From positions 5,154,945 through 5,218,944 of the forward strand of contig OZ199838.1 of NCBI GenBank assembly GCA_964304625.1: DNA of 64,000 nt. The letters run 5' to 3'. Of the stretch, positions 57,815 to 64,000 are shown piece by piece. Numbering within the stretch: position 1 is the first letter of the stretch; every line of letters begins with the position of its first letter. Source of the stretch: Kudoa neothunni. Its lineage: Eukaryota; Animalia; Cnidaria. Under the pieces are notes generated by a model. That model had not been told where the DNA came from and did not search any database. It saw only the letters and a program-made list of their open reading frames with translations. The position numbers and the translations under genes were made by a program.

Positions 57815-57947
57815 AATTGTAACACATGATCCGAGTCGGGATTTGAACCTGGGTTATTTGTATTAAAGGGGTGGTGCCGTACCGCACTGCTCTCGGTCGC
57901 GCGCCTATGGTTGGTGGATTACAACCCTTACAATCCACATGTTACAC
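57815..57947 (-). repeat. Repeat carrying a degenerate tRNA-like module
   Basis: Minus strand: GACCGAG...GCAGTGCGGT (A-box-like)...GGTTCAAATCC (B-box)...CTCGGATC. No anticodon arm. Homologous pieces at ~34172-34224 and ~35934-35969. Confidence 0.55.
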
Positions 57948-58109
57948 TAATAATACACTTCAGGAAAAAATAATCATTTATAAGATCTAAGTAGTTATTA
58001 ACTCGAAGTTTTCGATGACATTTAAAATCCGCTCCATACATAATTGGATGCAACCAGCGTTTAACACTTCATAAGAATAAAAGTTTAAGGCTATTCTTTA
58101 CAAAACGAG

Positions 58110-59340
58110 ACGGGAGTCGGAAACTTTGGGGGAAATTCGCAAAAAACAGCAAAATAAATTATATTAAATAATTATTCGTTATTTCTTTAAAGGAGATACC
58201 AAGTTCGACCCCTCTATATTTTTTTACGGGATATGTAATCCGAAATAAAGTCATATAATGACTCTTCATTTTTATTAGTAATGTTCCGGTATTTTATTTT
58301 AAATCCTCACCACGTAACTTCGGTTTTATTCGTATGTACATCATTACCAGAAACAAACGATATTTGTGCCAGACTGTATCGTGAAAAAATCCTAAATCGT
58401 TCAGACGATTATAGTTCCTCCATTTATCTGTCCAGATAACCGAATTCTCTTCAACACTATGAAGAATAATTTTTTCCAGCACATCACTACTTCTTCTCTT
58501 CGTCAGTTCAAAAAAATATTCACCTTCTTCATCTACACCACCAACAATCTAATATTGCTGGGTTTTTAACAGTCTACCAACATTATATATTTTTTTCGTT
58601 CATATATAATCTCCAATGTAAAAATACCTCTAAACAATTCAGACCAACCACTTGTTTTTGAAGAGAGAATTCCAACGTGCTTTTGTATTTCTTTATAGGT
58701 AACCTTGCTAAATTGAATTTTTCCGAGGAAAAATACAAATAGTTTCCACGGCGGCAGTTTTGAATGCTGAAGTATTGATCCAGCTCGTAGATTTTTTTAA
58801 ACAATAAGGACATCAGGAGAAAAATAGATCTTGGCAATTTTTATTTGATATGAGATTCATCATTGTCCCACAAATACACTTTTACTCTGATGAAATCAGA
58901 CTAAGATTCTGCTAAGTTTTGATAGTATATTATACCTACCCTAAAAAATGCATTTTCCATCGTATTGATGGAATAAATATTTTCAAAATCAAACTTTCTC
59001 CTAAAATTTTCCATTTTCCGAGCGCAAGGCAAAAGTTTCCAACTGACCTCCCCTTTTGTAGAGAATAACCAAATACTTAAAACGATTAAAATTGTTTTTT
59101 TAAGGATAATTTTAATAGTTTTTTTATCAATAGTTTTTAAGTGATTTAGAAAAATCAATCTTTCTTGAAATCCTTAATCTATATATGCTCACCCATCACT
59201 TGGTAAGTAGTAAAAATTTCATTGTTCGTTAGATTAAAAACGATGCCGAGAAGCCTGACTTTTGATTCTTTAAGACCACTCCCCATTATAAATCCTTAAA
59301 AGTTCAGTAATTTCCGTCCAAAGCGTTAAGTATGAGTGAG
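58110..59340 (-). mobile_element. Merlin/ISXO2 (IS1595-like) transposon relic; ends approximate
   Basis: IVGGVDE...R...LEKIILHSVEENSVIWTDKWRNYNRLNDLGFFHDTVWHKY is typical of ISXO2-type DDE transposases; inverted similarity between 58121-58137 and 59309-59328. Confidence 0.75.
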
Positions 59341-60176
59341 AAACAACCAAAATCAATATTATAAAGGAATTAAAGATAAAATCAATTAAACTTTTCAATA
59401 TTAATCAATTTTAAATAAGAATAGTAACTGAATATTTGCGCGATTATTTAATTTCATTTGCGTATATTTAATTTAAATTTGAAAGCAACAATTTCTAGAG
59501 CGATAAAGTTTATATTACATTAAGTAGAAATGCAAAACTATTTATAATTCTTAATTGGCAACAATAAAATAATTACGGATAAATTTCAACAACAGCAATC
59601 GCATAAATATTTTAAAGTAACTACAAATTAAAAGAAAAACAAAAAACTAAGACGAACTCTAAACAAAAGTTAAAGTTAAGAATATCGCCGAACATAAACG
59701 AACAATTTCATTCCAACATAATGTAAATAATTTTAACGTTTATAGTTTAACATTTAATTAATTTAATAATATCAAGTATTATCCAAGCTTTAAAATACTA
59801 AAATATAATAATCAATGATATATCGATGAGTTATCAAGTTTTAGGAATAGCGTGATTGGGATTATAATGGATAGGGTTTGTCTCTAATCTAAAAAATTTA
59901 TAATTGAAAATATTTATCTACAAGTTCAGTATTACTCCCAAAAGTATTTCATTCACGATAAAAAATTCATTATCGAGGAATCAACCAAAAATATCATGAA
60001 TAACGGAGTATTTTTATAAATCCCATATTTCACCGATACAACTAAAAAAACAACTCTTAAATACAATGGGATATCTTTAACAACAAAATCCAATTTATCA
60101 TAAGCAATATTCAGCTAAGTAAATAAGGTTGTGCTGCTTCGTCATATGGATCAAATTCGCGCACGCAATCTTAACA

Positions 60177-62589
60177 ATGGCATCCTTGAACCTTGTGAAC
60201 CCAAATGCAGAAATTGCCAGATCAGAAGATGCTCTCCAAATAAATATAGCAGCTGCAAAAGCACTTCAAGAAGTTCTCTCCTCTAATCTAGGTCCTAAAG
60301 GAACCGTTAAAATGTTAGCACGTTCGTAATTATCTCAACTATTGATTTTGTTTAGGTTGGTGTCTGGCGCAGGTGACATAAAAATTACAAAAGATGGGAA
60401 AATATTGTTGGGTGAAATGGTACTCATTAGTCTGTACTCATGACAACGTATAATCCGAAATTTTTGAAGCAAATACAACATCCTACCGCATCTCTCATTG
60501 CTCGTGTAGCATCATCCCAAGATGATATAACTGGTGATGGAACCACATCAATTGTACTTTTGATCGGAGAAATTCTCAAACAGGTATTAGTTGTGTTGGT
60601 TATTTTCATATTTAATTTTTATAGGCTTCTATCTACATCTCTGAAGTATGGATTGGATGATTCTTTTAATATGAGTGGTTACCTGATATATTAATATATT
60701 TTCAGGGAGTGCATCCAAGACAACTAACAGCCGGATTTGATATTGCTAACAAAATTGTTCTCAAGGTCTATTGAATAGATAACCACAATGACAAACAGTG
60801 ATTGAATCAATACAATATTTAGGAATTGGAATCCTACATCATTAAAAAACCTACCGTGGATAGAGACACTTTATTATGTGTTGCCAAATCTGCATTATAC
60901 ACTAAATTGCAACCAAATTTGGCCGAACTTTTATCTCCTGTATGCCGGTTTTTTGATTTTTTGTACTGTTGGTTGTTTACATTTGTTTTTGTTTGTAATG
61001 TAGATTGTCACTGATGCGGTTATGAGTATTATTCCTAACGGTAGTAAAAGCCAGAATGGAGTGAATGAATATATTGATCTTCACATGGTGGAGATAATGG
61101 AAATGGTTCATCAACTTGATGTCGATACCAAGTTGATTGATTGATTGATCAATTACCAAACTTCTAAACTAATGCCATCGTTTAGACTTGTAAAAGGATT
61201 GGTGCTTGATCATGGTGGCAGACATCCTAATATGCCAAAACAACTGAATGATTGTTACATTCTGACTTGCAATGTTTCCTTCGAATACGATAAGACGTAA
61301 AATTTTTGTGGTGTATGCTGAAAAATTGTTCCATCTGGCTGTTTTTAGTGAAATAAACTCTGGGTTCTTTTACAAAAGTAGTGAAGAACGCCAGAAAATG
61401 GTGGCTGCCGAACGTGTATTCACCAACAGCAAAGTTCAAAAGGTGATCGACCTCAAAAGACAAGTATTTGGCATATTTCGTGATTTTGTCACACTTAATA
61501 CTTTTCGTTCCCACAATCACAGGTATGCACAAAGGAGAACGGCAAAACATTTGTTGTCATCAACCAAAAAGGTATTGATCCCATCTCACTCGAGATGCTG
61601 GCTAAAGAGGGCATTTTGGCATTGCGTCGCGCCAAACGAAGGAATATGGAACGACTTATGAAATGCTGTGGTGGACAAGCTATGCATTCGGTTGACGAAC
61701 TTACTCCTGAATGCCTTGGAACGGCTGGACGCGTCTATCAAACTAGAGTGGTATGTTTAAAATGACTAATTGTTGTTCTATTATACTTTAAATTTAAAGA
61801 ATGACGACAATTTCACTTTTGTTGAAGGCACTCCCAATGAAAGTTCTGTTACCATCCTTATCAAAGGTATTATTTGATATCAACTGCTATGGTGTGTACA
61901 AGTTTTGACTGATTGGTTTTTGATCTGTAGGACCTGCCAAACACACACTAACCCAAATTAAAGATGCTGTGCGTGACGGACTGAGAGCTGTCAGCAATGT
62001 TATTAATGTGAAAACCAAATCACTTGATTATCTTCTTCCTGGATGTGGGTCGATAGAAGTTGCTCTCTACAACAAACTCATGGATTACAAGCATAAAAAT
62101 GAAATGCTTAAAGAACAATATGGTCTTCAGTAGAACAATTTTCAATTTATTGTTCTCAATAACTACGCATTATTAGGCTTTTGCTGATGCTTTGCTTATT
62201 ATACCCCAAAACAATCACTAGAAACGGCGGTTTCGATCCTCAAGATGTGCTTGCAAAGATCCAGGTTTGGATTTTGTTTATAGTAGTTTTTTCTAATTTA
62301 TCTTTTGGTTGATAGAATGAGTATCGCAAGAAACAGTTACCCGTGGGAATCAACCTTATGACAGGTGAAGCTATTGATCCCATAACCATAGGTGTATATG
62401 ATAATTACGTCACCAAAAAACTCACCATTGAGAATTCGTAATATACCACCTGGCGTTGATATATATTGTCTATTTAAATATTTTTTGATAGCTGTTCTAT
62501 GCTTCCAATCTTCTTCTTGTGGATGAAATTATGAGAGCTGGATTGAATTCTTTAAAACCGAAAAATGACGTCGCTCAAATGCATAATTT
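60177..62589 (+). CDS. CCT6: Chaperonin CCT/TRiC subunit zeta; last exon/stop unresolved; three apparent indels
   Basis: [86 protein letters not shown]. Fourteen GT-AG introns of 41-64 nt, from 60314-60355 to 62438-62491. Confidence 0.96.
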
Positions 62590-62989
62590 GGTAGTGGTTT
62601 TCATCATTCTACCCATCTCTATTGGCTCGCCTTTATGTCATATCAGTACACTTTAAAATATAGATTAGTTTATGGTTCGATTTTATAGAATGTGTTTTTT
62701 TCTGCGTTTAAAGAGTACAACCTTTTTGTGCTTAGCCTTTTAAATTTTATTTATGTTCCTTACTTGGTTTGTTGAAGTGTGGGCTCTCTGTTATACATTT
62801 TTTAATTTAACACAATATATTCTCATTAAATTGAGTTGTTTAGTTATGGTATATTTAGCTTGAAATAAATTTGAGTCAATCTTAAAGGAAAGGTGATGAA
62901 ATGCTCTTATATTGCGTGAGATATTTTTGAAGTTTAAAAGCTAACTTATGTTGTTATGTTGGGGAGTTATTATTGTTTATTTGGTAATA

Positions 62990-63560
62990 AAATAATACAG
63001 GGGTTTACTTCCAGTTCGGAAATTGCGTAAAATACAATATGAAACAAAAAAATCATCAAAAATAATTAGCATTATTCTCCAACTGTATTTTCAATAAGAT
63101 GGAATTTTTACACTATCCATTATTACGATAAAGCGTCATCCTCAATAACCAGATTTTATCATAGTAAGGAAGCTTTTGAAGATATCAGTATTTATTACCG
63201 AAAACTTACTTCGTAATGAAACAAATCCTGTTGCAGAAATAGCTAAAATTACAGTGATATTTTGCCTCGTGCTATTCTGCACAACAGTATTTGGAGTAAC
63301 ATCCTTAAACGTTTGGCCGTGAGCGCAGGTTTTGTATCAATTAAAAAGGTTTCATCAACAAAACTAAGTTTTTTTGTACCTTATTTGAACTGAAAGATTT
63401 CCACACCAATTAACAAATCTTTCCATTAGATCTTGGCTAGATCAGAATTTCGATTCGGTGGAACACTCCGTATTAATTTGAATACAATATTCTTAAGTTT
63501 AAGCCATCTCTCAACTATTGTTTCACTGATGTTTAATTCCAATTTCTCTACCATAAGAGA
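62990..63560 (-). mobile_element. IS630/Tc1-like DDE transposase relic; ends approximate
   Basis: Minus-strand fragments NLVFVDET, RQNITVILAISATG and NLVIEDDA, interrupted by stops and frameshifts. Confidence 0.55.
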
Positions 63561-64000
63561 AAATAGATAAGTTACAATTGTCATCGATAAGGTCAAGTGA
63601 TTTCTTCATGTCAACATTAAGCTTTCTTCCACCTTTTTAAATGGTGACGTTATTTAAGTTTCGTGTTATTTTTTTTACATCATGAACGGTTGAAATACTT
63701 GTAAAATTCTTCGACTTCAGCTTGGATTTAATCCTTATCTACAACTAATTGGCAAATTTTTTATGTTTATCTTCCCATATTTTCTTGTATTCCACCATCG
63801 CTCATACGAACATTAGCGTGAACTCAATATTATTTTCAATGAAAAAATTTTCGAGACTGGTTGTCAACAATTCCGAAATAGGGAGTAAACCCGGGGATAT
63901 TTTCGTTTGGAGAACGTCTTTTGGTCATTATATTAATATAGAATACAATTATTATTTGATTGTAAAAAATTTAGCGAAAAATTCGTTCGTTGTCATTGTT

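Noticed and set aside
57827-57898. Functional tRNA gene
   Set aside because: No anticodon stem and a poorly paired T-stem; treated as a tRNA-derived repeat.

Overview
AT-rich eukaryotic nuclear DNA, not prokaryotic. It has very short spliceosomal introns: 44 of the 45 coding-region introns I could resolve are 40-64 nt. Gene content (UBR5, survivin, a class A GPCR), fast-evolving proteins and miniature introns suggest a reduced, probably parasitic animal such as a myxozoan; this is inference only. Nine protein genes can be reconstructed by manual splicing: UBR5 (-), survivin/BIRC5 (+, absent from the ORF track), ZNF598/Hel2 (-), PSMB2 (-), RRM1 (+), an orphan 7TM GPCR (+), thymidylate synthase (-), a phage-type mitochondrial RNA polymerase (-) and CCT6 (+). 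The spaces between them are filled with decayed DNA transposons, often nested: five piggyBac elements, hAT, Tc1/mariner/pogo MITEs, Merlin/ISXO2 and an IS630-like relic. Three observations stand out. (1) The full-length, uninterrupted mitochondrial RNA polymerase gene has an altered catalytic core: motif C Asp->Glu, O-helix Tyr-Gly->Gln-Leu, and a C-terminus one residue short. (2) One outlier 178-nt intron in RRM1 contains a foldable core. (3) An unexplained ~46% GC island lies at 48.6-49.1 kb. Six single-base indels in TYMS and CCT6 fall in homopolymer or doublet runs and are most likely assembly errors.
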